Notes under the pieces: model-generated | Databases searched by the model: none | Seen by the model: only the letters and a program-made list of their open reading frames with translations | What the model was told of the DNA's origin: nothing | Translations under genes and position numbers: made by a program | Source: Candidatus Bathyarchaeota archaeon | Lineage (GTDB): Archaea > Thermoproteota > Bathyarchaeia > Bathyarchaeales > Bathycorpusculaceae | Reading direction: 5' to 3' | Assembly: GCA_963715865.1 (NCBI GenBank) | Contig: OY970280.1 | Location: forward strand, 1,088,001-1,152,000 | Length of the DNA stretch: 64,000 bases | Shown: positions 1 through 10,480 of the stretch, piece after piece | Layout: each line of letters starts with the position of its first letter | Position numbering within the stretch: the stretch's first letter is position 1

Positions 1-1
1 T

Positions 2-217
2 CACCAGCACCACCTCTTGTACGTGGGTTATGAGTCACTTGAGAACCCAGCAATATCCCAGTCAATCGGCAGCCAGACAAATGCCACTCTAATTGAAATG
101 AACCCAATAGAAGGCTTGACAACACAAGAAAAGGCTGCAGGCGACAACTACATCAGTCTAATGCAACAAGACATAACAAATATCCATTTGGCGTTGAGTA
201 AAATTGGAACAAGCTAA
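2..217 (+). CDS. znuA: Zn/Mn ABC transporter substrate-binding protein, C-terminal part (5' truncated by window)
   Basis: Open frame from base 2; C-terminal pattern 'LIEMNPIEG...NYISLMQQDITNI' typical of ZnuA/TroA; stop overlaps the ABC ATPase start. Confidence 0.75.
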   Translation, partial: HQHHLLYVGYESLENPAISQSIGSQTNATLIEMNPIEGLTTQEKAAGDNYISLMQQDITNIHLALSKIGTS

Positions 218-965
218 ACCAGTCGTCGAAATACGGGATCTCAGCGTCAAGTACCCAAACGGAGTCATGGCTCTCGAAGGCATAAACGTAGATGTAAACG
301 AGAGAGATCTAATTGCACTCATAGGACCCAATGGGGCAGGAAAATCAACCCTCCTAAAAGTCATTCTCGGACTCACAAAACCAACAAGCGGCTCAGTCAA
401 ACTCTTCGGATGCCCAGACTTGAGTAAAAATCTCAAATACGTTGGCTATGTCCCCCAAAGCGCCCAAGCCCGAGACCCAAACTTACCCTTCAGCGTCTAT
501 GAAACAGTTATGATTGGAAGAACTCCCCACGCAGGATTATTTCACGGAATGGGCGCAGAAGACAGGCAGAAAGTTGAGGAAACACTCAAACTGTTTGGAA
601 TATACGAGCTCAAAGATAGAAAAATAGGTCAACTCTCAGGCGGTCAATCTCAACGTGTTTTTTTGGCTAAAGCGATGGTTGCTGAACCGAAACTGCTCTT
701 ACTAGATGAGCCAACAAGCGGAGTAGACACCACTTCAAAAAAAGAGTTCTACAACATACTTGAACGCTTAAACAAAGAGAGAGGAATAGCTGTTATTTTG
801 TCTTCTCATGACATAGGCGTAATAACAAAGATAGCGAACAGAGTTCTTTGCATAAACAGATCACAGTTCTTCTGTGGCGAAAACGAGGATTTCGCAGCAG
901 ATATTGAGATTCACAAAATGTATGATCACCCAGTGGAGATTATGGAACATCATGATCACCCTTGA
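204..965 (+). CDS. znuC: Metal (Zn/Mn) ABC transporter ATP-binding protein
   Basis: Walker A GPNGAGKST, signature LSGGQ, Walker B LLLLDEP, H-loop SSHD; His-rich tail. Confidence 0.93.
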   Translation: MEQAKPVVEIRDLSVKYPNGVMALEGINVDVNERDLIALIGPNGAGKSTLLKVILGLTKPTSGSVKLFGCPDLSKNLKYVGYVPQSAQARDPNLPFSVYETVMIGRTPHAGLFHGMGAEDRQKVEETLKLFGIYELKDRKIGQLSGGQSQRVFLAKAMVAEPKLLLLDEPTSGVDTTSKKEFYNILERLNKERGIAVILSSHDIGVITKIANRVLCINRSQFFCGENEDFAADIEIHKMYDHPVEIMEHHDHP

Positions 966-1800
966 CGTCTTATCTTTACTTCAAGCGCCTTTCATACAGC
1001 GTGCATTCATAATAAGCATCATAATTGCAATCCTCAGCTCTATTCTGAGCATTTTTATTGTTTTAAAGAAAATTTCGTTGATAGGTGATGGGCTTTCTCA
1101 CACTGCTTTTGGTGGCTTAGCCCTCGGGTACTATCTTAGCGTTTTTCCCCTATGGATAGCGGGAATTACTGTGGTGTTAGGATCCATAGGAATTAACAAG
1201 GCGCTACGTTCTACAAAGATTTCTGGTGACGCCGCAGTCGCTGTTTTCCTACAGCTTGGTCTTGCAGGGGGCATAACCTTATTGAGTCTTGCCCGAGGCT
1301 TCGGCGTTAACCTTGAGAGCCTGCTTTTCGGCAGCATTCTTATAGTAAACTTTGACCAAATTATTACGGCAGCTGTTGTTGCAGCAGTAACCTTAAGCAT
1401 CATTTTTCTGTTCTTCAAGGAGTTAGTTTACATAACGTTTGATGAAACTCAAGCCCGAGCCGCAGGAATCAAGACATGGGTCTTTGACTATCTCCTAAGC
1501 ATTCTCTCAGGCATCGTCGTGATTATTGCCATACCTATAGTGGGTGTTCTTTTAATTTCAGCACTTCTAGTCCTACCCGCATTGATAAGCACTCAAGTCA
1601 CAAAATCTTTCAAACAAACCGTCATACTGTCACCCATAATCGGCCTCATCACCGTAATAATCGGCATACTCATATCAGTCATCATAGACGCCGCGCCGGG
1701 CGGAACAATTGTCCTCACAGGCTTAACGATTCTCGCCATTGCCTTCGCAGGTAGAAGAATTCAAAATATAGCAACAAAACCTAAAGTGAAGCCAATCTGA
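952..1800 (+). CDS. znuB: Metal ABC transporter permease (ABC-3 family)
   Basis: Motifs GDGLSHTAFGG, LFGSIL, VGVLLISALLVLPA; ATG at 952 overlaps the znuC end (ORF track start 874 is too early). Confidence 0.92.
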   Translation: MITLDVLSLLQAPFIQRAFIISIIIAILSSILSIFIVLKKISLIGDGLSHTAFGGLALGYYLSVFPLWIAGITVVLGSIGINKALRSTKISGDAAVAVFLQLGLAGGITLLSLARGFGVNLESLLFGSILIVNFDQIITAAVVAAVTLSIIFLFFKELVYITFDETQARAAGIKTWVFDYLLSILSGIVVIIAIPIVGVLLISALLVLPALISTQVTKSFKQTVILSPIIGLITVIIGILISVIIDAAPGGTIVLTGLTILAIAFAGRRIQNIATKPKVKPI

Positions 1801-1835
1801 ATTTTTACAGCGTTATACAGAAAAATTGAGGGTTG

Positions 1836-2408
1836 TTAGTAGTTTTCAACCCAAACTTCAAAATAGGCTTTCGGATGAGCGCATACGGGACATTTTTCTG
1901 GCGCTTGCGTTCCTTCGAAGACGTAACCGCAGTTTCTGCATTTCCATTTGATTGGCTGGTCTTTCTTGAAGACTTTGCCTTGCTGCACGCTTTCGAGCAG
2001 TTTATTGTATCTTCTTTCATGGTAGGATTCTACTTTTGCAACCATTCGGAACGTGTTGGCAACATCTGGGAAACCTTCCTGTTGAGCTACGTCTGCAAAG
2101 TTGGGGTAAAGTGTGCCCCACTCGAGTTTTTCGCCTTCAGCTGCAGCCTTGAGATTTTCAGCGGTTGATGCAATGACTCCTGCAGGATAAGAAGCTTTAA
2201 TTTCAACTATTCCACCTTTGAGATGCTTAAAGAATAATTCCGCATGCTCTTTCTCGTTAGCTAATGTTTCCTCGAAAATAGCGGCTATTTGCTCGTATCC
2301 TTCTTTTCTGGCTACGCTCGCAAAGAATGTGTATCTATTTCGTGCCTGTGATTCGCCTGCAAACGCTGCTAAGAGGTTCTTTTCTGTTTGGCTACCAGCA
2401 AAATTCAT
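1836..2408 (-). CDS. rbr: Rubrerythrin
   Basis: AFAGESQARNRY, EKEHA, EKLEW and ESYH diiron ligands; C-terminal rubredoxin-like CRNCG...CPVC. Confidence 0.95.
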   Translation of the reverse strand: MNFAGSQTEKNLLAAFAGESQARNRYTFFASVARKEGYEQIAAIFEETLANEKEHAELFFKHLKGGIVEIKASYPAGVIASTAENLKAAAEGEKLEWGTLYPNFADVAQQEGFPDVANTFRMVAKVESYHERRYNKLLESVQQGKVFKKDQPIKWKCRNCGYVFEGTQAPEKCPVCAHPKAYFEVWVENY

Positions 2409-2552
2409 GGTTTTTACACCTGATACAATTAGGTTTCAAACGAAAAATAAAAGCATTGCCTGTAGTCGGTTTAAATCCGATGTATATGCTTTTATCTTGC
2501 TTACACTAAATATTTTTTGCCGGATGATGAGAAGGCATTAGCTTGACATTAT

Positions 2553-4295
2553 TTGGATGAAAGTTCAGAGTTACTCAGACGGCAACTATTCACTTCTAAC
2601 TCCGCAGACAATAGCGTGCAACCGATAGTAATTCTTAAAAGGCTACGAAACACTCTCTTACTCTATTCGCGAGGAAGAGAGAGATTGGCCTCAGGTTCAG
2701 GCATCAAAATAGTTCTTACAGCGTCAGCTACAGAAATGAGCGACTTTTATAATAATCCTTTTATCGCTTTTGTCGCAGGTTTCGGCAAAGGCCCGATTCC
2801 GCTTGGATTCGTCAGAAAAACACTCTATCCTCCGGTGGAACGCAAGCCTGATGGCAGAGCAAGATTTGCACCTTACGGCTTAAGAAAAGTAGAAGCTATG
2901 CTGCTAGAAAGTGGCTTCACAGAAAAAGAAGTAGCCGTAGTTCACCCCGAAGACCTTGAAGACTTCATAGGACCAGAAACCAAGGTTATAGGCATATCTT
3001 CAATGGACCCAACAGGCATGGGTTACGTAAGCAAAACTTACTCCTCAATCATTGGCGGAGGAGAACCCATGAATGCAGTTGAATTCCAAAAACTCGTCAC
3101 TAACCCGAGCATCAAAAAGTTTAAGCCAAAAATTATTGTTGGCGGATTTGGTTCTTGGCAGCTAGAACGCAAAAAAGTATCAGACAGCTATGACGTTGAT
3201 TGCGTGCTCCTCGGCGGAAGACCAGAACCAATCGTTGAAGTTTTTAAGAAAGCAGTCAATGGCGAAGCTCTTCCGCGTATTGTTAAAGCTGACGAATCAA
3301 TCAGCAACTGGGATTATAATGCCATAATGCCCTTAACTAAACACTCTGCAATTCATGGCGCCGTGGAAATTTCAAAAGGCTGCGGAAGAAACTGCCAGTT
3401 TTGCACGCCTACCATGCAACATAAAGTTGATGTGCCACTGGAAAAAATAATGCAGGAAGTCGCTTTAACAACGGCAGACGGATGCGACCACATAACCTTA
3501 GTCACCGAAGACCTATTCCTGTACGGTTCCAAAGACAAAAAATTTATTCCAAACAAGGAAGCCGTTGTAAAACTAGTAAAAAGAGTTGCTAAGTATCCAG
3601 GCGTTAAAAGTATTCAAGCATCCCACATGTCTTTAGCGCCAGCAGTTCATAATCCGCAAATGGTAAAGGAACTTGCAGAAATTTTGATTGAGCGCAGTTG
3701 GTACTCGTTTGGCAAAAAAGCAATAATCACCGCTGAAACAGGAATTGAAACTGGCAGCACAAGGTTGATGAAGAAGTACATGTCGGGTAAAATGTTGCCT
3801 TTTAAGCCTGAACAATGGCAGGAAGTTGTCGCCAACGCGTTTGGCATACTTAACGATAATGATTGGTATCCTCTGGCGACGTTGATTGTAGGTCTTCCAG
3901 ACGAGAAAGAAGAAGACGTACAGCAAACGCTTGAGTTAATGGATAAATTAAAAGATTATAACGCATTTTATGTGCCGCTGTTCTTTGTTCCACTAGAGAA
4001 TTGTGTGCTAATGAATAAGAAAGGCGCTGAAATTGATTCGCTCTCACAAGTACGCTGGGACTTTTTCATTAAATGCTGGGAATATAACATTAAAATTTGG
4101 AAGCCAACTTTTCTTGAAAACCGCGTACCTAATCCAATCCTGTATAAGGCATTGGACCATATAGTTATCCCGTATTTCGGTAGAATAGCTGGTTTCTATT
4201 ACGGTTGGACACGCGGTGAACAGTTAAAACAAGCCTTCTGGACGCTAAGTATGTCTCAGCCAACAACAGTTAAGAATAAGCAAAAGTTAAGTTGA
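2553..4295 (+). CDS. B12-binding-domain radical SAM protein
   Basis: CxxxCxxC (GCGRNCQFC), APYGLRKVEA N-terminal block, GIETGS motif; paralog of 39202..40665. Confidence 0.85.
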   Translation: MDESSELLRRQLFTSNSADNSVQPIVILKRLRNTLLLYSRGRERLASGSGIKIVLTASATEMSDFYNNPFIAFVAGFGKGPIPLGFVRKTLYPPVERKPDGRARFAPYGLRKVEAMLLESGFTEKEVAVVHPEDLEDFIGPETKVIGISSMDPTGMGYVSKTYSSIIGGGEPMNAVEFQKLVTNPSIKKFKPKIIVGGFGSWQLERKKVSDSYDVDCVLLGGRPEPIVEVFKKAVNGEALPRIVKADESISNWDYNAIMPLTKHSAIHGAVEISKGCGRNCQFCTPTMQHKVDVPLEKIMQEVALTTADGCDHITLVTEDLFLYGSKDKKFIPNKEAVVKLVKRVAKYPGVKSIQASHMSLAPAVHNPQMVKELAEILIERSWYSFGKKAIITAETGIETGSTRLMKKYMSGKMLPFKPEQWQEVVANAFGILNDNDWYPLATLIVGLPDEKEEDVQQTLELMDKLKDYNAFYVPLFFVPLENCVLMNKKGAEIDSLSQVRWDFFIKCWEYNIKIWKPTFLENRVPNPILYKALDHIVIPYFGRIAGFYYGWTRGEQLKQAFWTLSMSQPTTVKNKQKLS

Positions 4296-5144
4296 TTCAG
4301 CAGCTTCATCTGCTGTCTCCTGTTTTTCCTCTGTTTCCATCGGCTTTTCTTGGGCTGGTTCAGGCTGGGGTTTGAGGATTTTTCTTGCATGAGTAATGTA
4401 CCCTGTATGTCCAGTCATTAGCGTTTGAGGTCTGGTTTTTCCTCGTTCGACTTGCATTGCTCGCATCAGACACTCGACTGTTTCTATGAATACAAAACTG
4501 TTTTCTTTTAGGGCTTCTGTTGTTTTTACGACTTGGTCGATGGTTGGGCTGAACGAGACTATTATTCCAGAAGGCTTTAGCGCTTCGTAAGCGTGGGGGA
4601 CCACGAGCCATGGAGTTGCCAAATCCAAAATTACCGCGTCTACATCTCTCTCTTCAATTCCTAAGGTGACATCTCCGCTTTTCATTTCAACGTAATCTAT
4701 GAGTTTTGAACGTTGCAGATTTTTGGCTGCGTTTTTTTGGAATTCGCTGCGCAACTCGTAAGTGTAAACTTTGCCTGTTGGTCCAACGTAGTGTGCGAGT
4801 GCAGTGGTTAATGCGCCTGTTCCTGTGCCTGATTCTACAACTCGGCTTCCAGGTCCAATTCCGCTGAACATAACAATTAATGCCGCGTCTTTGGGGTAGG
4901 TGATTTGCGTGTTGCGTGAAGACTTCATGATGTAGTCTGTTAAGGCAGGTTTTAGGGCGGTGAAGGTTATGCCAAGGCTGCTTTTGACGGGTTCGCCGTA
5001 TTCTTTGCCGATTAACTCATCAAGCTTCAAGTAGCCTTTGTGTGTGTGGAAGGTTTTTCCTGCTTCAATTTTTATCATGTAGGTTCTGCGTGCGTCTAGG
5101 TAAATTAGCACGTAGTCGCCTTCGCTTATTTTTTGGTTAGCCAA
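4287..5144 (-). CDS. trmI: tRNA (adenine-57/58-N1)-methyltransferase
   Basis: TQITYPKD, ESGTGTGALT, YELR, ILDLATPW, FSPTIDQV, GHTGY motifs; TTG start at 5144 follows a GAGG SD-like motif. Confidence 0.92.
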   Translation of the reverse strand: MANQKISEGDYVLIYLDARRTYMIKIEAGKTFHTHKGYLKLDELIGKEYGEPVKSSLGITFTALKPALTDYIMKSSRNTQITYPKDAALIVMFSGIGPGSRVVESGTGTGALTTALAHYVGPTGKVYTYELRSEFQKNAAKNLQRSKLIDYVEMKSGDVTLGIEERDVDAVILDLATPWLVVPHAYEALKPSGIIVSFSPTIDQVVKTTEALKENSFVFIETVECLMRAMQVERGKTRPQTLMTGHTGYITHARKILKPQPEPAQEKPMETEEKQETADEAAEST

Positions 5145-5260
5145 CTGTTCTTCCTCTTGGGAAGTGAAAATGCAGGTTGTATCATTTAAGCTTTGAACTC
5201 TATCTGCTCGGAGCATATGTCTATAAAAAACAAAAAGAAGGGTTGGTTGATTTTCAAGAA

Positions 5261-5506
5261 TTAACCGAGTTCCTTGCCACAGTTCGGGCAGAACTTAATA
5301 TTATCCGGTACTACCCGCCCGCATTGAGGGCAAAATCTATTGACGGCTTGCTGCTGGTATCCTGGAGAATATGCTTGATTCGGGTAACCTTGTTGTGTAA
5401 TAATTTTTGGTCTTGTAAAATAGTAGAGAATGGCTGCAGGCCAGCAGAAAATTACTAAAATTATCAACACTGCAAGACTATACTGCCTTGTTTCAACTTG
5501 TGTCAA
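5261..5506 (-). CDS. Small membrane protein with C-terminal zinc ribbon
   Basis: N-terminal TM helix; FCPQCG...FCPNCG. Confidence 0.8.
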   Translation of the reverse strand: MTQVETRQYSLAVLIILVIFCWPAAILYYFTRPKIITQQGYPNQAYSPGYQQQAVNRFCPQCGRVVPDNIKFCPNCGKELG

Positions 5507-5632
5507 ATTTATTCCCCAAATTTATTCAATATCTGAAGCTAATATAATTTAAGCTTTTGCAAACTTTAATTTTTAATAAATTGCAATCAACATACAAGTT
5601 AGCTCCTAAAAGCACCAGTATGAAACTTTTTT

Positions 5633-6130
5633 TCAATCAGTCAAGGAATTGGATTTGTTTTGGATTTGATTTAGCTCTTCAATATAAGAGTCTAAACATT
5701 TCGTTTTAGCTGCTATAAGATAAATCGAAAAAGCATACGCAAAAACTATAACCAGCCCAACTAAAAACATAAAGAGAAAACCTTTAATTATTAACAACAA
5801 AAATAGGGCTTCAGATATTCCTAGCAGGAATCCAGAACTAACACGTATCCAGTTATTGCTTTCTCTTAGCTTTGCACTCTGCGTAAACCAATCAACGGCA
5901 GCGACAAGCGGCAAAAAAGAAATAAAAGGAAGATAGAACACAATTGGGAAACTCAACCCAAAAGTGTTGGCTACAAAAACGCCTATTATCCCTAAACCTG
6001 TTCCTGTGCATCTTGAACAAAGGTAAACCCTTTTTCCCTTAAAACTCACGCGAATAGTTCGATGAAGTCTATCTGGGGGATGATGCGATCCAATTAGAAA
6101 CAGTAAATAGCGCCAATTTTGTTTGCCCAT
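5633..6130 (-). CDS. DUF2085-like membrane protein
   Basis: H-x-x-P-x-R...LCSRCTG motif, several TM helices, 'DWFTQ...RESNNWIRVSSG'. Confidence 0.75.
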   Translation of the reverse strand: MGKQNWRYLLFLIGSHHPPDRLHRTIRVSFKGKRVYLCSRCTGTGLGIIGVFVANTFGLSFPIVFYLPFISFLPLVAAVDWFTQSAKLRESNNWIRVSSGFLLGISEALFLLLIIKGFLFMFLVGLVIVFAYAFSIYLIAAKTKCLDSYIEELNQIQNKSNSLTD

Positions 6131-6255
6131 TGTTTTCCAACTACATATATTATCATTGACTTGTACTTCAATTTAATAAGTGATTTATGCTAATCAAAGT
6201 TTATTCAGTTTAGCAGCCAAGCGGCCAGCCGCCGGTATCTAAGGAAAGCGAACCG

Positions 6256-6537
6256 TTATTTTTCTTTTCTTGGTTTTTTTTCGTGTTCTGCAACCATTTG
6301 TTTTACTTTCTTTTCCAGTTGCCGCTCATACACGTGCTCCGGTATCGGAGGTGGCAGGGTCTTTTTTTTGTGCAAGTCGGTTGGCGCAACAATGCGTCTT
6401 TCGCCTGTTTTAACGGTGGCTTTTTCGCCGTCAACGTTATCCTCAAAATCTTCCAGAGCTTCTACAATCCAGTAGCCTTCACTTTCAGTTAAAACCTTAA
6501 CTTTGTATAATCCCTTGTAGTAGTAATTTTCGCTCAT
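6256..6537 (-). CDS. Hypothetical protein
   Basis: 93 aa ATG ORF with charged, natural composition in a same-strand gene run. Confidence 0.75.
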   Translation of the reverse strand: MSENYYYKGLYKVKVLTESEGYWIVEALEDFEDNVDGEKATVKTGERRIVAPTDLHKKKTLPPPIPEHVYERQLEKKVKQMVAEHEKKPRKEK

Positions 6538-6593
6538 AACAATTCACAACTAATAATTCTTTTAAAAGTAAATAAACACTCCCACTTCGGCGG

Positions 6594-7937
6594 CTACAAC
6601 TGGTATTCTCGGCATTTTTCCACAAGCGACACCTGACTGCCAGCGTTTCCCATAAACTTCTTGAATAATTCAGCGTTTTCCGTGTGGATGGGGAAAATCT
6701 GTTTGGCATTTATCTTTCTGAGCGCTGCCTTCAACTGAAGCGGCATCATGTGCCCTGAGACATGTACGTGGTATTGGGGCAAGCCGTAGTGGCTTAGCCA
6801 ATTAATTAGGCGTTCATAGTCAATTTCCATCTCCTCGTTGAAGGGTTCTGATGCTGACAAGACGTAGCAGCTGCCGGCTGCTGGCTGAATGGAAATGAGC
6901 TCTTCAAAATCATAGAAGCTGACCGCTAAAACCACCTTGCATTGCTGCTTCGAAACTTCGAACACGTCGAAAATCTTGTTTTCCCCATCAAAGCGTTCAA
7001 TCAACTGTTTTTCCCACTTGTCATAGCGCTTCTTCGACTTTCGAAAAATCAATATCTCCTCATCATCCAGCGCTGGAACCTGCAAGTGCTTGTCGTTCCG
7101 AAGTGCATCCAGCAAATACGCTTGTTTTAGTGAAACAGCAAGGCACCGATTGTTCTTTTTGGCAATGTGGTAAAAAGAGTTCAATCGGTCAACATCCGAG
7201 TAACCAAACTCTGCAAGCAAGATGCCGTCGACTTGTGATGCAATCTTGTCCAGTTTCGCCTCCACTTCCACTTCGTTGGAAACTGTTGCTCCAGTCATGT
7301 TGGTGGCTTCAGTCACAATTGCCACAGGCTCAGCCTCCTTGGCTTTTTCCACAAATTCATGGGTCATTTCTGGCTTGGCACCGTGGTCTCGAAAGTCGCC
7401 CGTGTAAATTATTGTTCCGTTTGAAGTGTGAATTAGAAAGCCGTAGGCGCCTGGAATTGAATGGTCAACATGGAACGGCTCAACCACTAAGTTGTCTACC
7501 TGAATTTTTTTGCCTGTTCTGAAAACGTTAAAGTTGATGTCTGCAACGTTGAATTCTAAGTCCGCGCGTCGAATGTCGCTTAGGGTTCGCAGGATGGTTT
7601 GTGTTGTTTCGCCGCAGTACACGGGAATTTCCCGTTTAATAAATGACAGATAAGCCGAATGATCCAAATGCCCGTGGGAAAGGAATACAGCGTTTGTTTC
7701 AGGCGGGCTTTGGTCAAACTTGTATACCCCGTTTATCTGCGGCAGAATTCCGAGTTCTTGGAGGCTCTTTTCGTTTTTAGGAGAAAGGAATGGTGGCGAG
7801 TAAAACTGTTTTTTAGCGGTAAAAGACATGCCGAAATCAAAGAAAACCCTCGTATCTCGGTCTTGGAGGAGGATTTTGTTTCCGCCTATCTCGTTAACTC
7901 CGCCATAGAAGGTTAAGGTTGTCTGATTCTTCACCAT
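6594..7937 (-). CDS. Metallo-beta-lactamase/beta-CASP hydrolase, RNase J-like
   Basis: GGVNEIGGN, HGHLDH, HVDHS, YTGDFRDHG, HVSGH, FPIHTE motifs. Confidence 0.85.
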   Translation of the reverse strand: MVKNQTTLTFYGGVNEIGGNKILLQDRDTRVFFDFGMSFTAKKQFYSPPFLSPKNEKSLQELGILPQINGVYKFDQSPPETNAVFLSHGHLDHSAYLSFIKREIPVYCGETTQTILRTLSDIRRADLEFNVADINFNVFRTGKKIQVDNLVVEPFHVDHSIPGAYGFLIHTSNGTIIYTGDFRDHGAKPEMTHEFVEKAKEAEPVAIVTEATNMTGATVSNEVEVEAKLDKIASQVDGILLAEFGYSDVDRLNSFYHIAKKNNRCLAVSLKQAYLLDALRNDKHLQVPALDDEEILIFRKSKKRYDKWEKQLIERFDGENKIFDVFEVSKQQCKVVLAVSFYDFEELISIQPAAGSCYVLSASEPFNEEMEIDYERLINWLSHYGLPQYHVHVSGHMMPLQLKAALRKINAKQIFPIHTENAELFKKFMGNAGSQVSLVEKCREYQL

Positions 7938-7943
7938 GCGCTT

Positions 7944-9647
7944 TCACTTTAGTGCTTCAGTTTTTCTGCAGACGCTTGAAATAGCAGAAATAATGGTCCA
8001 CATTGTGAATATGCTAAAAACCCGTGTGTATTTGGGAGACCCAGCCTTTTTGATGACATTGATGTCTCCGCCAGCCTTCAAGTAGCCGTTTATGAACGTT
8101 TTTGCAATCGATTCAGCTTTACCATTCCCATAAAGCGGTTGAAGGTAATGCCCTGAATAATACAGGAACACAGCTACATCCCAAGCTTTATCGCCGTCTT
8201 GAGTGGCCTGCTCAAAGTCAATCATGTAAATAGAGCCATCCGGTTTAACTAACATATTTTCTGGCTTTGTGTCGCCTAATGCAATATTGTGAGAATGAAC
8301 CTTTGCAAGTATTTCGCCTGCTTTGCCAAGGTTAGCTAGTTCCTCTTCAAATGTTTCGTGCTCTGTAGCCGCGGCTATGCGTTTGATAGCTTGGCTGAGG
8401 TTTTCTCCCTCAATGTACTCCATGAAAATTAAACGTTCAGCATTACTCACATGCAAAATCTTCGGCACATTAAACCCTTCACTGAGCAAAAACTCGCTAA
8501 TGGCACATTCCTTTGCAAGCCTAGCTTGACCTGAAACAGCAAAGGACCTTGCACCTAAAGACCACAAAGTTAATGGAAACCATTTGAATCCAGACCAGTC
8601 TTTAAAGCGTTTAGCTAACACCTTCGTTTCACCGCCTTTCGCGTGAACATTGATCACGTATACGTCGTTCAGCATTCCACCGACTGGTTCAACTTTAATA
8701 TCTTCTCCACTTTGACCCTTCAAAAGCATTTTTTGAGCAAAACCTTTAATGTCAATTTTATCTGCTAACGAAACCAAACCGGCTGAAGTTGGAACGAAAA
8801 CGTATTTTTGGGGATCAATAAACAGGTAGCCCGGGTCTGGCTGTTTTCTCCAATTAATCTTTTGCGTTTTTAGAAAGGCTTCGGTATTCTGTGAAACAAT
8901 ATTCATTAGCTGAGGGAAAACCCCAAAGAACGACGTGAATATCGTCCGTGGCGCATTTTTTGACAGGTTAATAATTTTGATTCTTGGGTCTTGGCATCGG
9001 GCAATAAACTTCTTTGAAATCATTACGTAACCATTTAAAAAGTTAATTTTTCCCTCCGCTTCAAGCTGCCTCAAAGCTTCATTGTAACTGCCGAGTGATT
9101 CGGTCTCATTTGATGTGAGTCCATTCACTAAGTCTGAGAGGTCATAGGCAAGCAAAGGGAAAACTCGGATTCGATTCAAAAGCACCTCGTACATGAAGTA
9201 CTGCGGCTTAATTTGAATTCGATGAGCAAGCTCTGGAAAACTTAACGTCAAATTCTCAAGCAATTCAAGAATCAAACGCTTCTTCAACGTTACCTCTTTT
9301 TCATGCAAGTAATCGTCGCCGTAAAGAGTTGAGTGAGGAAAAACAAGTTTACTTGCAATGGCTTCTCCCAGAAAGCCTCTTTCGATGTCTCGCTCGAAAA
9401 TCCACTGGTCAACCGCAAAAACAAAAATTGTTTTTTCATTTACTGTTTTTAGGTAACTCATTACTCTAGGTTGAAAATCATGGATTACAAGCATTATTTC
9501 TATTAATGTTTTCTCGTTAGCTGTTCTCATTGAATATTTATCAACGTGAGCTATAGCGGTGATGTTTGCGGAGCCAGCGACATGTCTACAAAACTCGAGG
9601 ATTTGATTATTCAATTCGCTGTTTGCGCTGGTGCTAATTTGTTTCAA
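7944..9647 (-). CDS. Uncharacterised N-terminal domain fused to a RIO/Bud32/KdkA-like kinase domain
   Basis: C-terminal VLAKRF, IFMEYIEG, GDTKPEN (catalytic loop), IDFE. Confidence 0.75.
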   Translation of the reverse strand: MKQISTSANSELNNQILEFCRHVAGSANITAIAHVDKYSMRTANEKTLIEIMLVIHDFQPRVMSYLKTVNEKTIFVFAVDQWIFERDIERGFLGEAIASKLVFPHSTLYGDDYLHEKEVTLKKRLILELLENLTLSFPELAHRIQIKPQYFMYEVLLNRIRVFPLLAYDLSDLVNGLTSNETESLGSYNEALRQLEAEGKINFLNGYVMISKKFIARCQDPRIKIINLSKNAPRTIFTSFFGVFPQLMNIVSQNTEAFLKTQKINWRKQPDPGYLFIDPQKYVFVPTSAGLVSLADKIDIKGFAQKMLLKGQSGEDIKVEPVGGMLNDVYVINVHAKGGETKVLAKRFKDWSGFKWFPLTLWSLGARSFAVSGQARLAKECAISEFLLSEGFNVPKILHVSNAERLIFMEYIEGENLSQAIKRIAAATEHETFEEELANLGKAGEILAKVHSHNIALGDTKPENMLVKPDGSIYMIDFEQATQDGDKAWDVAVFLYYSGHYLQPLYGNGKAESIAKTFINGYLKAGGDINVIKKAGSPKYTRVFSIFTMWTIISAISSVCRKTEALK

Positions 9648-9798
9648 TTGGTCACCGATAGTTTGGCCAATATAGAATTAGCATATTGATATATTTAAAA
9701 CACGTTTGTTAACAAAATGAAAAAGTAACTTTTTAACTGAACACCACAGTCCAGCTTAAAGGCTACTTTCTGCCAGAAAGCGCATTAAGTTTTTTGAT

Positions 9799-10236
9799 TT
9801 AGCGGATTTGAAATGCTAAGCGGTTAGTTGGGTCGCTTCTTCCTTTCTTGGCTATCATGCTTACTGTCGACTGGGTTGGTGATTCAACGGTCATTCCTGC
9901 GTTTGTTTGGATTGATATTTTTCGGCATATCAGGTTTAGGGATTCTTCGGTGAAGTTCAGCATGCTTTGTCCATTGCTTGTTAGGCTGTAAATTTTTCTT
10001 GGCCTTTCGGAGTCCATGTTCCATTCGCTGTTTACAAAGCCTTTCTTTTCAAGTGTACCTAGCAATGGGTAGATGGTGCTTGGGCCGAAGTATACGCCGA
10101 AGTTTTTGCGGATTTTGGTTATTATTTGGTATCCGTGCATGGGTTGGGTGCTTAGGAATTGTAGTATTATTAGGTCTAGTAAGCCTTTCATTAGTTTGGT
10201 TGAAACTTCTTTTTGTGAGTTTATACTTCTTAACAT
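9799..10236 (-). CDS. PadR-family transcription regulator
   Basis: MHGYQII...GPSTIYPLLGTLEKKGFV...RKIYSLT. Confidence 0.9.
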   Translation of the reverse strand: MLRSINSQKEVSTKLMKGLLDLIILQFLSTQPMHGYQIITKIRKNFGVYFGPSTIYPLLGTLEKKGFVNSEWNMDSERPRKIYSLTSNGQSMLNFTEESLNLICRKISIQTNAGMTVESPTQSTVSMIAKKGRSDPTNRLAFQIR

Positions 10237-10480
10237 TTTTTTATTCCTTCCTTCTCCGTGTATTTTTGTTGTACAGTTTTTCTGTTCTACTTGTATACAA
10301 TATGTCCTCTTTCGGACATATCTTGAGTATGTTATATTAATAAACCCTAATATAAAGCTTCATACATAACCAAAGCATACAAAAACATAACACCGCAATA
10401 TAACTCAACACAAAATTAACATAAGCTAAATAAATCAAAACATCAACAATTCACAAACAACAGCCAACAGGAAAAAAACC

